From assembly GCA_034520565.1 (NCBI GenBank), contig JAXHNL010000002.1:1120001-1184000 (forward strand): a DNA stretch of 64,000 nucleotides, written 5' to 3'. The translations under genes were made by a program, and so were the position numbers. Positions 9,971 to 21,673 of this stretch are shown piece after piece; the stretch's first letter is position 1; each line of letters begins with the position of its first letter. The stretch is from Halodesulfurarchaeum sp. (GTDB lineage Archaea; Halobacteriota; Halobacteria; Halobacteriales; Halobacteriaceae). The notes below the pieces were generated by a model, which did not search any database, had not been told where the DNA came from, and saw only the letters and a program-made list of their open reading frames with translations.

Positions 9971-10794
9971 CCTGGTTCGTCATCGCCCGCAAGGAGTTCG
10001 AGGACGCGCTCCGATCGCGAATGCTCTGGGCCATCGTCGTCCTCGATCGCGGCGATGACTTCGCTCGCCGCGGGTGTGATGGCGCCGATTCCCGGTGTGG
10101 ATGGAGACCCGGTCTCGGCTATCGGTGCGGCCTCCCAATTCGCGGCCATGCTGGTGCCGATCATGGCGCTGATCGCCGGTTACCTCGCGATCGCCGGGGA
10201 ACGCGAGTCCGGGAGCCTGAAAATCCTCTTGGGACTGCCGCCCTCGCGCGGCGAGGTTCTCGCCGGGAAATTCCTCGGCCGGGCGGCCGTCGTCGGCATC
10301 GGCGTCGCGGCCGGATTTGCGATTTCGGGCGTCGTCACCGCTGCGCTCTACGGGGTGCTCCGGTGATCGATTTCGTCGGCGTCACTGTCCTCTCGGCGGT
10401 GCTCGGGATAAGTTTCGTCGGAATCGCGGTCGGTATTTCGGCGACGACGGCGGTCAGATCCCGGGCGATGACCCTCGCCGTCACGGCGTATCTCGTCTTG
10501 ACCCTCCTCTGGGACATCGTTCCCCAGGGTGTCCACCTGCTGGTCGCGGGTTCGATGCCCGGGCCGACCGTCCCCGGTTGGTTCCTCCTGCTCCAGGGAG
10601 CGAGTCCGTCGGGGGCATACAACGCCCTCGTACAGCGGGTGCTCATGGACACGGATGCCGCGCTTTCGGCCCGGCTCGGTGGCGAGGTTCCGGCGTTTCT
10701 CGACGCCCCGGTCTTCGTCGGGATACTGCTTCTCTGGACGGCCCTACCGCTTGTGTTCGGGTACCTCCGCTTCCGACGGGCGGATCTGAGCTAA
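9967..10794 (+). CDS. ABC-2/NosY-like permease (frameshifts near 10045 and 10360)
   Basis: MTWFVIARKEFEDALRSR, AIAGERESGSLKILLGLP..R..VLAGKF and FRRADL are spread over two frames. Confidence 0.85.
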   Translation: MTWFVIARKEFEDALRSRMLWAIVVLDRGDDFARRGCDGADSRCGWRPGLGYRCGLPIRGHAGADHGADRRLPRDRRGTRVREPENPLGTAALARRGSRREIPRPGGRRRHRRRGRICDFGRRHRCALRGAPVIDFVGVTVLSAVLGISFVGIAVGISATTAVRSRAMTLAVTAYLVLTLLWDIVPQGVHLLVAGSMPGPTVPGWFLLLQGASPSGAYNALVQRVLMDTDAALSARLGGEVPAFLDAPVFVGILLLWTALPLVFGYLRFRRADLS

Positions 10795-10795
10795 C

Positions 10796-13503
10796 TCAGT
10801 CGCCCTCGATGGCCTCGGTGACCCGTTCGTGAAACGCCCGGAGCGCCGCGTCTTCGTCCTCGGCGAGCACGACGTCGCTCGCGGAGAGCGTGGCGAGCCC
10901 GAAGGAGAGGGGGCTGGGCGAGGAGAGCGTCTGGCTCCGGATGGCGATCGACCCGTCCTGAATGGCCTCGAGTATCTGCTCGATCCCCGCGAGGTCGAGT
11001 TTGTCCTCGATTATCTCGCGGTGGGTTTCCGCGAGCACGGCAAAATCCTCGAGGTTCTCGGCGAACCCGAGCAGCATTTCTGCTGAGACCTGTTGTCGGC
11101 TGGCGCTTTTCTCGTGGCCCTTGTACCGCTTGAGGATCATCAACGAACGCGTGGCGTTGATCCGGAAGTACCGCTCCCGGAGATCGGTGCCGTTGAGACT
11201 CGATTCGAGGAGATCCCGGGCCTCATCGGGGGTCGTGGATTCGAGTAGTCCGACCACGTCGACCTTGCGATTCAGCGGCATCGAGAGGGTAAAGCCCGAG
11301 TCGCCGACAGCGATCGTCACGTTGGCCGTGGCCTCGACGGCGATCTGGTGGGCGAGGATCCGCGAGAGTCCGTCGTTGAACCGCCGGCCGTACGGTCGAG
11401 TGAACGTAGTAGTCGGCGCTCGGTACTCGTCGTGGTCCGTGTCGCTCCTCGACGACGCAGTCGATCGGGTGTACTCACGCTCTCGGGACCGGCGTAGACG
11501 AGTTGCCGGTCGATCATCCGGGCCAGTGCCCTGACGCTTTCCTCGTCGATCGGCAACTCCCGAAGATGGACGCGGACCGCGCGGCCGCCCGCCATCGGCG
11601 ATATCGAGGAGGCGTTCCTGAAACGCCGCAATCTCGACTCCGAGGTCGAAGGATCGGGGCAGGCGCTCGGAGTACCACGAGGGGACCGTCGCCCGCTCGC
11701 TCGTCCGGTCGACGTAGACCTTCGACCCGCGGCGGTAGCGGTACTCGTACCGTTCGCCGCCGAGGACGAAGACGTCTCCCGGCTCGAGGGTGTCGAGGTA
11801 GTCCTCGTCGAGGTCGCCGACCCACTGGTCCTCCCCCCGGACGAAAACGTTGCAGGAAAAGGAATCCGGGATCGTCCCCACGTTCGTCATGTAGATGACG
11901 CGGGCGAGCCGGCCGCGTTTGCCGAGAAGCCGCGCTCCAACCGGATAGTCGGGATAGTGGTGTTCGCCATCGGGCGGGTCGTTCTCGTCGCGCCAGATCT
12001 TCGCGTAGACGTTCCGGTCCTCCATCCCCTCGTAGTCGGCGCGGAGGTAGCGGAGCAACTGCTCGAATTCCGCGTCGGTGTAGTTCCTGTAGGGATAGGC
12101 TCGACGGAGGATCGACTCGACTTCCGCGAGCGGTCGGGGGCCGTTGATCGCCATTCCGTAGACCTGCTGGGCGGCGACGTCCTGTGCTCGTTCGGGGACG
12201 TAACACCCGATCGACGAACCCGGCCTCGGCCCGGTCGAGCATCGACGGTACACTCGACGAGTTCGTCCAGATCGAGCGCGAACACTCGGCCGGTGACGGT
12301 CTCACCGATTTGATGGCCGGCCCGCCCGACACGCTGGAGGAGCGCGGCGACGGACTTCGGGGAGCCCACTTGAACCACCAGGTCGATGTCTGGCATGTCG
12401 ATTCCCAGTTCGAGACTCGTCGAAGTCGTCACCACGTCGAGGGCCCCGTCTTTCAATGCCTGCTCGACCTCCTGTCGTCGATCCTTGGAGAGGGACCCAT
12501 GATGGGCCCCCGATTTCTCCTCCGCTACGTCATCGCGCTCCCGGAGGTTCTCCAGCACGCGTTCGGCCCCGGACCGGGTGTTCGTGAACACGAGCGTGCT
12601 GTCGTGTGTCTCGATCAGCTCGGCGAGCTGGTCGTAGAACCGCTCCTGTATCACCGTCCGCGGCGTTTCGATCAGGTCCGCGGTCGGCGTGACGAGTTCC
12701 ATATCGTACTCCCGCATCGAACTCGGGTGTCGACCTCGCTGCGGACCTCGTCTCGGTCGTCCGTCCTCGCGAGCCCGCCGAGAAACGTCCGCGATCGTCT
12801 CGAGGGGCTCGACCGTGGCCGAACAGCCGATTCGAGTGGGCTCGTCGTCCGCGAGGGCGGCGAGCCGCTCCAGGCTCACGGCGAGGTGGGTCCCGCGCTT
12901 GTTGTCAGCGAGGCTGTGGATCTCGTCGACGATGACGTACTCGACCGTCCGGAGTTTCTCCTTGAACTTCGGGGAGTTGAGCAGGATGGCGAGCGTCTCC
13001 GGCGTCGTGTTGAGGATGTGTGGGGTCTCCTCGAGCATCGCCTGCCGGGTGGCCGAATCCGTGTCGCCGTGCCTGATCGCGTGACGGATCTCTTCGACGT
13101 CCTCGCCCCGGTCATCGAGGCGGTCGTAAATCCCGTCGAGTGGAGCTTCGAGGTTCCGATGGATATCGTTCGCGAGGGACTTCAGCGGGGAGACATAGAG
13201 GCAGTAGACCGTGTTCTCGAGCCCCTCGGCTCGCTCGCGAACGAACAGTTCGTTGATGATCGCGGTGAAGCTCGCCAGGGTCTTGCCGGATCCGGTGGGG
13301 CTCGCGATGAGGGTGTGATCGTCCTCGGCGATGTGTGGAATCGCCTCGCGCTGGGGCGGCGTGAAGTAGCCCCCATTTTCCGGGACGAACTCGCCGAACT
13401 GGTCCATCCACCACTCCCGGACGGCCGGTTCCAGGGTTTCGAGGAGGTCGCCGTCGGGGACCGAGTCGGGATCGGGCGCCACCGCGGGTATCTCCGTACC
13501 CAT
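10796..13503 (-). CDS. lhr: Lhr-family ATP-dependent helicase (several indels)
   Basis: FTPPQREAIP, PTGSGKT, SPLKSLANDI, DEIH, SATV, SLELGID and QRVGRAGH; C-terminal GTIPD and PSPLSFGL; frame breaks at ~12780-12720, ~12240-12200 and ~11580-11400. Confidence 0.9.
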
Positions 13504-13651
13504 TCGATACCGGATAGGACTTCCGGGGGGTTGTAGCTGTTGGCCGAGCCGGTTTCCGACCGGCCGCTCAACCATTGCGAGCGTCGGGCCGGACCGGGGC
13601 CGATTCGTGGCTGGCCACAACCGTTTTCTCCAATCGATCCCGACACCCCCC

Positions 13652-14383
13652 ATGCAGCTGATTTTCCTCGGCACCGGTTCCGCGATGCCGACTGCCGACC
13701 GGGTCCAGTCCGGGCTCCTCCTCGAGGATGGTGATCGCCGACTCCTCGTCGACGCCGGGAGCGGGGTTCTTCACCGACTTGCAGCCACCGAAACGGGATA
13801 CGAGGGTGTGGAGACGGTCCTACTCACCCATCACCACCTCGATCACGTCGCCGATCTCATGCCACTCTTCAAAGCCAGGTGGCTGGCCGGCGAATCGTCG
13901 CTCACGGTTGTGGGTCCCCCGGGGACTGAAGCGCTCGTTGACGGCCTGCTCGAGGTCCACGACTACCTCCGGGGGCGGCTGTCGGTTGCCGTCAGGGAAC
14001 TCGAACCCGGCCAGGCCACTGTCGCCGGATTTGCCGTCACCGCCATGGCGAATCGCCATTCGATGGAGGGCTTTGCCTACCGGTTCGACGACCGGCTCAC
14101 GATCTCCGGTGACACCCGGGAGTTCCAGGCTCTGGTGGACTTCGCCGAGGTCGGATCAGTCCTCGTTCACGACTGCTCGTTCCCCGACGACGTGGACCTC
14201 GATACCCACACGACGCCGACGAAATTGAGCCGGGTCCTCGACGGCGCCGACCTCGACCGGGTCTACCTCACCCATCTCTACCCCCACACCGACGGGAAGC
14301 ACGCGGCCATGGTCGAGACGATCGAGTCCCGGTTCGATGGCGAGGTGCTGGTCGCCGAAGACGGCATGCAGATCGGCGTTTGA
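13652..14383 (+). CDS. MBL-fold metallo-hydrolase (RNase Z/BN-like)
   Basis: [18 protein letters not shown] (HxHxDH), SGDT and LTHLYP. Confidence 0.88.
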   Translation: MQLIFLGTGSAMPTADRVQSGLLLEDGDRRLLVDAGSGVLHRLAATETGYEGVETVLLTHHHLDHVADLMPLFKARWLAGESSLTVVGPPGTEALVDGLLEVHDYLRGRLSVAVRELEPGQATVAGFAVTAMANRHSMEGFAYRFDDRLTISGDTREFQALVDFAEVGSVLVHDCSFPDDVDLDTHTTPTKLSRVLDGADLDRVYLTHLYPHTDGKHAAMVETIESRFDGEVLVAEDGMQIGV

Positions 14384-14394
14384 GAGCTGCAGGA

Positions 14395-15460
14395 TCACTC
14401 GATCGGATACCGCAGCAACGCCGCCACACCGCCCAAATTTCGCAGTTGTTTCCCCGGATCGAACTCGTGGGAGAAGACGGTGATTTCCCCGCCCTGGTTT
14501 TCGACCTGCCGGATCAGGTCGTTCGCATCCAACTTCCAGTCGCCCTCGCCGGCCCGCTCCAGTCGGAGCCGCTCGTCGAGAATGAGGAGTTGCTCGACGG
14601 CCCCGTACTCGGTTGCCTGGGCGACGTCGTCGAGCCCGTAGGCGGCCGCCCCGTCGCCGCCTATCCGCTCTGTCAACTCGTCGATGGCCGCGCTTTCCTC
14701 GGCGATCCGGGTCTCGCGACGGACGTCGGCGACGGCCCCGCGCTTGAGCACCTCGTGGACGCCGCGACCCCCGACCGCGCTCGTGTCGACGACCGTGACG
14801 GTCTCGGTGATCTCGGGATGGGACTCGATATGTTCGAGGGCGTCCTGTTTGGTGAAGCCGGGACCGGCGAGGATGACGGCGTCGACGTCCAGGCGGCCGA
14901 GGCGCGTCCGCGAGTTCCTCGAAGAGTTCCTCGCGCCCGCCCGTGTACTCGCCCTTGCCGGTCGTATTCGTTAGCGAGACGTACTCGTCGACGCCGTACT
15001 GGGCGACGGTGTGGACGTGGGCCTCGCCCTCGCCGACGGTGGCAATGGCGACGGTGGGCTGGTCCGTGGCTTCCTCGGCCTCCTCGATGCGCTCGCGCTG
15101 GTCCGGTTGCCAGATCTTCTCGATCTCGATCGTGTCGTGTTCCTCGACGTTGATAGTGTGATGGAGGCCGAGCTGGTCCTCGCGGGAGCAGTCTTCGATG
15201 GTTCCTCCCACGCGGAGCCGGTTCGAGAACTTGTGGAACTCGACGTCCTCGACGGCGAGTGTGACGTGCATGTGCTCGCGTTCGCCGCCGGTGTCCCGCA
15301 TGTTCTCCTCCTGGCGCTGGATGCGACGATGGGTGTCCCCGGAGACGAAATCGCCGGGCTCGATGACGTAGGTGAGATGCCAGAGGTCGTCGAGACTTTC
15401 GGGGACGAGGCTCACCGCCTCGCGACCGCCCTCCCGTGCCGACCACTCCCTGACGTGCAT
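14395..15460 (-). CDS. pelA: pelota/Dom34 ribosome rescue protein (one extra base near 14902)
   Basis: [16 protein letters not shown] and LHHTINV; after the frameshift [17 protein letters not shown] and [10 protein letters not shown]. Confidence 0.92.
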
Positions 15461-15500
15461 GGTGGTGCTTTGCCGCGTTCGCCTAAGTCGATTCCCTTTC

Positions 15501-17597
15501 TCACTCGGTGATCCGGCTCGTCCCCGGTGGCATGAACTTCTGAATCTCGTCCGGACTGGCGACCTTCCGGACGAACGAGGTGTCCGCAAAGCGCTCCCGG
15601 AACTCCCGATAGAGTCGCTTTGCCACGTCGCCCTGGGCGTAGCGACCGGGTTCGATTCGGATCGACGTCTCGGCCTGGGCCTCGATTGGTTCGGGTGGAC
15701 CGCCGACGACCCGCGTTTCCGGCTCGCAGGCGATGCCCACTGCGGCCCCGACCGGGGTGTCCTCGAAGTAGGTGCGGTCGCCGCGGATGGCAAACCCGCC
15801 CTTTTCGAGGTACTCGCCGCTCTCCGGGGTTTTCGAGACCTGGTCGCCGTCGACCATGTAGACGTCCCCGCTGTACCGTTCGTCCTTCCAGACCGTGGAG
15901 AAGGTCACGGCGAACTGGGCGGCCTCCATGAGGCTTCGCTCGGGAACGTCGATGTCTTTTGTCGGCTCGCTCGGCTCGCTCGTTTTGAGGATCGTCGCCG
16001 GGCCGCCGTGGGCCTGTGTGTGGAAGAACCGATCTGCGTGTTCCATGTACTTCTCGACCAGCTCCTCGTTCTGATCGGCGTTCCGCCCACCCAGCACGAG
16101 AAAGCCGTCGCTCGTTCGGAACCAGCGAAAGCGGTCGTACCACTTCTCGGGTTTCCTGATCGGGACTGATTTCCGGGCGAGCCAGTCCCTGGATGCCGGC
16201 TTCTCGTCTGCCCCGTCGTCTTCCGTGTCCCCCGCGACGAACTCCTCACGGCGCTTTTCGAGCGCGGCGAGCTCGGCACGGGTGTCCTCGAGGGCTTCGA
16301 GAGCCCCCTCGCGTTTTGCCTCGATTTCCTTCGCACCGGTGTACAGCCGATCGGCGTTCTTCTCCACGCCCGACCGGGGATCGAGCGAGATCTCCTGTCC
16401 GTCGACCTCGATCCGGACCCGTGCCTCGGATTCGTCGATCCCGGACACCGCCTCGGCAGCTTCGATCCCCTCCGCAGCTCCTTTCGCGAGTCGCTCTTCG
16501 ATGTCTGTCCAGCCGTGTCCGGCCTCCCGTGCCGCCCTGACAGTCTCCAGGATCTCGTCGACGAGTTCGTAGTTCGCATAGAGGAGTTCGGCTTTCTCCC
16601 GCTCCGCATCAGCCTCGGCTTCGAAGTCCTCGATGGCCCGTTCCTGTTGTTCGATGATCCGCTCGCGGCGCTCGATTTCGGCGTCGAAGTTCGGCCCCGC
16701 CGAATCGCCCCCCGTTTCGGGCTCGCTCTCGCTTTCGGCGAGCGAGCGGAAGTAGGAATCGCAAGCCGCGTTGAACGAGTCGAAGGCCTCGCTTTCGAGG
16801 TGGCCGTACTCCTCGAGCGGGACCGGCGTGACGTCGACCGGAGCACCATCCTCGCGGTACACTCGCGGATCGGTGTTGCCCTCGCGAAGCCGATCGAGCA
16901 AGTCGCGCATCTCCGCGTAGAGGCGGTCGAAATCCCCCTCGTCGGCGTCGGCGATGTCCTTCGTCTTCTCGACTCCAGCCCGGGTACAGAGTTCCTCGCC
17001 GTAGGTGCCACCGAGATTGAGCTGTGTGGCGAGGGTCCGGACGAGGTCGGTATCCGACTCGGCCATGGCCGTCCTGAACGTCTCCCGATCCATGTCGAGC
17101 GGGTTGATCCGGGTCTGGGGGAAGCCATACTGGGCCCCCGGCGCGACGGTTCGAGACTGGAGACGCACGGTCGAGAGCGATTCCACGACCGTGCCGCTCT
17201 CGTCGAGTACCGCCAGGTTCCCCTCGCCGAAGAGTTCGGCGACGACGGTGGTGTCTTCGTCGCCGCGTCGAAACTCGAACACGAGGATGCGGTCGAAGCC
17301 ATGCTGGGAAACCGTCGCGAGGTCCGCGCCCGCGATACGGTTGCGGAGCATTTTCGCGAAGTTCGGCGGCCGGTCGGGGGCGGGCGGTACGAACTCCGGC
17401 TCGGTGACGTGGACGCGTTTTTGCTCGCCGACCTGCACCAGCAACTCGATACGGCCTCGATCGTAGTCCCGCATCTTGAGACGGACGAGATCGTCCGGGT
17501 AGAGATAGGCCTTGTCGACGGTCGCGCCGGTGTAGGCCCCCAGCTCCCCCACAAGGGCGACCAGTCCGACGCTCGTGACTTCCCGCTTCGGGTCCAT
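15501..17597 (-). CDS. rqcH: RqcH/NEMF (FbpA, NFACT) ribosome quality-control protein
   Basis: [31 protein letters not shown], coiled coil, [34 protein letters not shown]. Confidence 0.93.
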   Translation of the reverse strand: MDPKREVTSVGLVALVGELGAYTGATVDKAYLYPDDLVRLKMRDYDRGRIELLVQVGEQKRVHVTEPEFVPPAPDRPPNFAKMLRNRIAGADLATVSQHGFDRILVFEFRRGDEDTTVVAELFGEGNLAVLDESGTVVESLSTVRLQSRTVAPGAQYGFPQTRINPLDMDRETFRTAMAESDTDLVRTLATQLNLGGTYGEELCTRAGVEKTKDIADADEGDFDRLYAEMRDLLDRLREGNTDPRVYREDGAPVDVTPVPLEEYGHLESEAFDSFNAACDSYFRSLAESESEPETGGDSAGPNFDAEIERRERIIEQQERAIEDFEAEADAEREKAELLYANYELVDEILETVRAAREAGHGWTDIEERLAKGAAEGIEAAEAVSGIDESEARVRIEVDGQEISLDPRSGVEKNADRLYTGAKEIEAKREGALEALEDTRAELAALEKRREEFVAGDTEDDGADEKPASRDWLARKSVPIRKPEKWYDRFRWFRTSDGFLVLGGRNADQNEELVEKYMEHADRFFHTQAHGGPATILKTSEPSEPTKDIDVPERSLMEAAQFAVTFSTVWKDERYSGDVYMVDGDQVSKTPESGEYLEKGGFAIRGDRTYFEDTPVGAAVGIACEPETRVVGGPPEPIEAQAETSIRIEPGRYAQGDVAKRLYREFRERFADTSFVRKVASPDEIQKFMPPGTSRITE

Positions 17598-17833
17598 GGT
17601 CACATCCAAACGGACCATCGGGTTAGGCGCATCGGTCGAACGAGCGGCTGTGGATTCCGCGGCCCGAACGCGTGTGGCCCCGGACGAGGGTTTAAATCAG
17701 AACACCGGGCCAGAACGGGCTATCCCACCTTCGAAAACCCGGCGCGGCATGCGGGAGTGCGGCCGACCGCGTCGGCGGTCAGGCCGCCTGTTCGCCCCCG
17801 GTTCCGCGATCGTCGTTCCGGTTTCTGCCCCGG

Positions 17834-19477
17834 TCAGTCGAGCTGCGTGCTGACGTACGGACCGTCCCGCTCGTAGCCCAGCTCCTGTCGGTAGTACTCC
17901 CGGGCCCCCACCCCGGCGATGACGACGAGTTTCCCGTAGCCCGCCTCGGCAGCCATCGACTCGGCCTCCCGGACGAGCGTGCGCCCGTAGCCCTGGTGCT
18001 GGAACTCTTCACCGGTCTCCCCCAGCCCCACTTCGTTGCCGTAGACGTGGAGTTCCCGAATCAGGGCCGCCCCCTGCAACTCCTCGCGGCGTGACTCCCC
18101 CGGGAACCGGAGCCTGAGGAAGCCGATTAACAAGCCCTGTTCGGGCGCTTCGAAACTGACGAAGTGCTCCGTTCCGTCACCGGCTTCGTAGGTCCGCACG
18201 TTCATCTCGATCTCCGATGGCTCCTCGTCGTTCATTCCGACCTCCCGACAGCGGATGCAGTCACAGCTCCAGCCGTGCTCGTCCATCCGCTCGCGAGCCA
18301 ACTGCCGCAGGTTGGACTTCCAGACGCCGGCGTCGATGAAGTCCGCCGGAATGTCCCGCTGGACCCGCTGGAGCCTGACGTAGGGCGGGAGGTCGGCCTT
18401 GATCTCCGCGACGAGTTCGGCCGCCTGCTCGTTGGTGAGCGGCTCGTACTCGTCCCGACGCCACATGTCGTAGATCCTGGTCCCACGGACCACGAGCGTG
18501 GGGTAGATCTTGAGGTAGTCCGGACGCCACCGGGCGTCTTCGAAGAGTCGACGGCCGTCCTCCCTGGCCATGGCCACGGACGTCCCGGGCTGGCCCGGCA
18601 TCAGGTGGAAGCCCACCTTGAAGCCCGCGTCGCGCAGGCGTCGGCCGGCATCGATGGCGTCTTGGATGCCGTGACCGCGATGCATCTCGCGATTGATTCC
18701 CTCGAACGTCGTCTGCACGCCGACCTCGACCTTCGTTACGCCGAGGCGCAACATCCGGTCGATCTGGTCGGGCCCACACCAGTCCGGCTTCGTTTCGAAG
18801 GTCGTCGCGACGTTCCGCACGTCGGCGGTCTCGTTTGTCCGGAGGACTTCCTCGATCGATCGGTCGATGACCTGCTCGGGTTCCTGGGCGAAACTCTCGC
18901 CCTCGGTTGGCGCGGGCGGATCGTCAGGGTCGAACTCGTTCATCGCCTGCACGGCCCGCCGGACGAACCACTCCTGGTACGCCGGGTCCCGGGCCGTCAT
19001 CGTCCCGCCCATCACGATGAGCTCGACCTTGTCGACCGGATGTCCGATGTGTCGAAGCTGGGCCAGCCTGAGTCGAACCTGTCCGTAGGGATCGTAGTCG
19101 TTTTGCCCCCCACGGGCGGCGGCCGGCTCGTGTCCGGTGTAACTCTGTGCGGAGGAGAACTCCGAGGCCGGGCCCCCGGGACAGTACAGGCACTTCCCGT
19201 GCGGGCACGGCTCGGGGCTGGTCATCACCGCGACCGGCGTCACTCCCGAGGCGGTCCGAACCGGTTTGCGTCTAAGGATCGGTTCGACCTGCTCCCGTTT
19301 GTCGTCCGGGGCGGCCTGCAGCAGCTCCCCGTTCGTCGGTACCTTCGGCGAGGCGTGCTCGCCACAGGCTGCCAGTTTCGCCTGCTCCAGATTGTCGCGG
19401 TCCACCTCGCCGTCGAAAATACGGGTGAGTACGTCTGCACACGCCGCTTCGAAGCGTCGCTCACCCGTCGCGTCCAT
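17834..19477 (-). CDS. elp3: Elp3 tRNA uridine(34) acetyltransferase (radical SAM + KAT)
   Basis: KPVRTASGV, CPHGKCLYC, QSYTGHEP, KIYPTLV, RVQRDIP, CIRCRE, RELHVYG and QHQGYG. Confidence 0.95.
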   Translation of the reverse strand: MDATGERRFEAACADVLTRIFDGEVDRDNLEQAKLAACGEHASPKVPTNGELLQAAPDDKREQVEPILRRKPVRTASGVTPVAVMTSPEPCPHGKCLYCPGGPASEFSSAQSYTGHEPAAARGGQNDYDPYGQVRLRLAQLRHIGHPVDKVELIVMGGTMTARDPAYQEWFVRRAVQAMNEFDPDDPPAPTEGESFAQEPEQVIDRSIEEVLRTNETADVRNVATTFETKPDWCGPDQIDRMLRLGVTKVEVGVQTTFEGINREMHRGHGIQDAIDAGRRLRDAGFKVGFHLMPGQPGTSVAMAREDGRRLFEDARWRPDYLKIYPTLVVRGTRIYDMWRRDEYEPLTNEQAAELVAEIKADLPPYVRLQRVQRDIPADFIDAGVWKSNLRQLARERMDEHGWSCDCIRCREVGMNDEEPSEIEMNVRTYEAGDGTEHFVSFEAPEQGLLIGFLRLRFPGESRREELQGAALIRELHVYGNEVGLGETGEEFQHQGYGRTLVREAESMAAEAGYGKLVVIAGVGAREYYRQELGYERDGPYVSTQLD

Positions 19478-19514
19478 ACAGAAGCCTGCGGAGAGCCGCC
19501 AAAAAGGGTGTCGT

Positions 19515-21623
19515 TCAGCCCAGCCAGGCCGACACTTCCTCGATGACGGCCTCCAGCACGTCGTCCCGCCGCCCGGAGAGGAACTCGATGCGGCCGTCAC
19601 GGCCACCGCGCGGGGTAACGCCCCCGCCCTCGACGCGGTCGGCGACGGCTTCGCCGATGGCGCGCACGTCCAGGGCGGTCGAGCGCTCGAGGAAGAGTTC
19701 GTCCTCGTCGAGCGCGATCGTCACCGTTGCACCCGCCTCGGCGGTCTCTCGCCGGTGAAGTTCCGCGAGCAGGAGGTCCGTCGGCGGGAAGTCATAGCGA
19801 TGGGTGTAGGCGGCCACGTCGAGGACGTCGATCTGGACGCCGTTCTCGCTCCGGCGCTCGAGATGAGGCCGTGCGGTCTCGACTTCGGTCTCGAGTTTCG
19901 TTTCGAACTGCTCGCTGAGCGGCGTCGCGAGTGCGGCGTTGCCGTCGTCCCAGAAGAGGTCCGCGATGAGTTCGCGCTTGTCCTCGTAGGACTGGTAGAA
20001 GGCCTCGAGAGCCACCGCGTTCCGGATGTCCTCGATCGTCCCCATCTCGTAGCCGCTCTCGGTCGCGAGGTCGGCGTACTGTGCTGGTACCTCGGTCCAG
20101 AAACTCGTCGCGGGCAAGTGAGCCAGATCAGCACGAACGTCGTCGTTCACGAGGGCCGCGAGGTGGGTGCCCAGCACGCCAGTCGACACTGGACCACCGC
20201 CTGCGGCGGTCGGACTGACGAGAACGTTTGCCGTCTCAGCCGCGTCGGTGTCGGCGTAACCGCCGTCGACGATCACGGTCCCCGCGTCGTAAATCGAGAG
20301 TAGATCCAGCCCGTCAGCGGATTCCCGGGTCGAGCCGGCGTCGACGAGCACGAAGAGGGGGTGTGTCTCGTCGTGTCGATCCGCGGCCTCGAGCATACTC
20401 GTCACGTCGCTCGTCGCGGCTTCGACGTCGTAAATCGGATCGTCGAGGGGCCGTCGGTCGACGTAATGGTATTCTGCGCCCGATTCGGCGTGTTCCTCGC
20501 GGATCAGTGGCAACAGTGCCCGTTCCAGGGCTGCGCCACCGACGTACCCTTCGAGCGTCGCCGTGTGCCGGATGATGACCGGCCTGGATTCGATGACGGC
20601 CCGGCGAATCGTCGTCGCCGCGTCCAGGAGATCGTCCTGCACCGGCTCGATCGACGGATCCGAGACGAAAAGATCCGTTTCCCCTGGCTCGGCCCGTTCG
20701 GCGACAGCGTTTTCTCGTCGCTCCGTGACCGCTTCGGCAGCGTCATCTGCGAGCACCGTGAGTTCCTGTGTTTCGACCTGGACCGCTCCTCGATGCTCTT
20801 CGACGATGCCGATGAGGCGGACTGCCTCACCCGTTTCTACCTCCGGGTAGGCCCTGACGCCGGCCTCTTCGAAGGCCGCACAGTCGACGGTCCCGGTTTC
20901 GTCTTCGACCTCGAAGATCGTCGGTCCTGCCGTCTGGCGAATGCCCCGGACCGTCCCTTCGAGGGCGACCGTCTCCCCGAGCGCCGATTCGAGGGCGTCG
21001 ACCTGGAGCCGTTCGATTTCGGTCGGCTTGGCAGCCGTCGTGGATTCCCTGTCCGTTTCGGGTTCGAATTCGGACCCGTCGGGCGATTCGGTCGGTCCGT
21101 TCGATTCGGCCGTGGTCGTCCCGCCGTCGGTCGAACTGGTGTCTTTCGGGTCCCGCTCGACGGCCGAGGGGCTGCCAACCTCGGATTCCGCTGTCGGCTC
21201 CGGCTCGGTCGAGTCGTCCCCGGATCCGTCACCGTCGGCGTGCTCGGGCAATACCGGCTTGCCGATCTCCGGGTCGTCGATAAGGCGCCCGCGGAACTCG
21301 CGTTCCCGTTGTCGGAGCGACCAGCCGAGGTCAATGTTCCCGTTGTCGTGTACCTCGAGGACCTGGACGAAGACCGTCTCGCCCGGGTCCCAGTCGAGGG
21401 ACTCGAGTCGCTTTGGGATCTCGCTTCGATGCAACAGGCCGGTTACGGGGCCCACGTCGACGAAGACGCCGAATTCCGCGAATCCGTCGACGCTGCCGCG
21501 GTAATACCGGTCCGCGGTGAGCTGGTTCGATCTGGTGCCACGAAACTCGAAGAACACGTCCTCCTCGTGCGTGCCACAAACGTCGCCGTCAGCGGGTGAG
21601 CCACAGATAACACACGTACCCAT
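19515..21623 (-). CDS. RecJ-like DHH-family protein with Zn ribbon, S1 and OB domains (degenerate DHH motifs)
   Basis: CVIC..CGTH, S1 motif (FGVFVD...GLLHRSE), RQTAGPTIF..DETG, AAFEEAGVRAYP, and a C-terminal DHH/DHHA1-like region. Confidence 0.85.
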   Translation of the reverse strand: MGTCVICGSPADGDVCGTHEEDVFFEFRGTRSNQLTADRYYRGSVDGFAEFGVFVDVGPVTGLLHRSEIPKRLESLDWDPGETVFVQVLEVHDNGNIDLGWSLRQREREFRGRLIDDPEIGKPVLPEHADGDGSGDDSTEPEPTAESEVGSPSAVERDPKDTSSTDGGTTTAESNGPTESPDGSEFEPETDRESTTAAKPTEIERLQVDALESALGETVALEGTVRGIRQTAGPTIFEVEDETGTVDCAAFEEAGVRAYPEVETGEAVRLIGIVEEHRGAVQVETQELTVLADDAAEAVTERRENAVAERAEPGETDLFVSDPSIEPVQDDLLDAATTIRRAVIESRPVIIRHTATLEGYVGGAALERALLPLIREEHAESGAEYHYVDRRPLDDPIYDVEAATSDVTSMLEAADRHDETHPLFVLVDAGSTRESADGLDLLSIYDAGTVIVDGGYADTDAAETANVLVSPTAAGGGPVSTGVLGTHLAALVNDDVRADLAHLPATSFWTEVPAQYADLATESGYEMGTIEDIRNAVALEAFYQSYEDKRELIADLFWDDGNAALATPLSEQFETKLETEVETARPHLERRSENGVQIDVLDVAAYTHRYDFPPTDLLLAELHRRETAEAGATVTIALDEDELFLERSTALDVRAIGEAVADRVEGGGVTPRGGRDGRIEFLSGRRDDVLEAVIEEVSAWLG

Positions 21624-21673
21624 TTCTAGTATGGGAAAGCCGCCGGACTCCTAAACGCTTGTCGAAAGCTCGC

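Noticed and set aside
8948-10794. ABC exporter as the YcaO RiPP transporter
   Set aside because: It lies about 19 kb away among unrelated genes and is a generic haloarchaeal ABC-2 type.
10796-15460. lhr and pelota as pseudogenes
   Set aside because: Catalytic motifs are intact and the lesions are indels, clustered as expected for low-coverage consensus.
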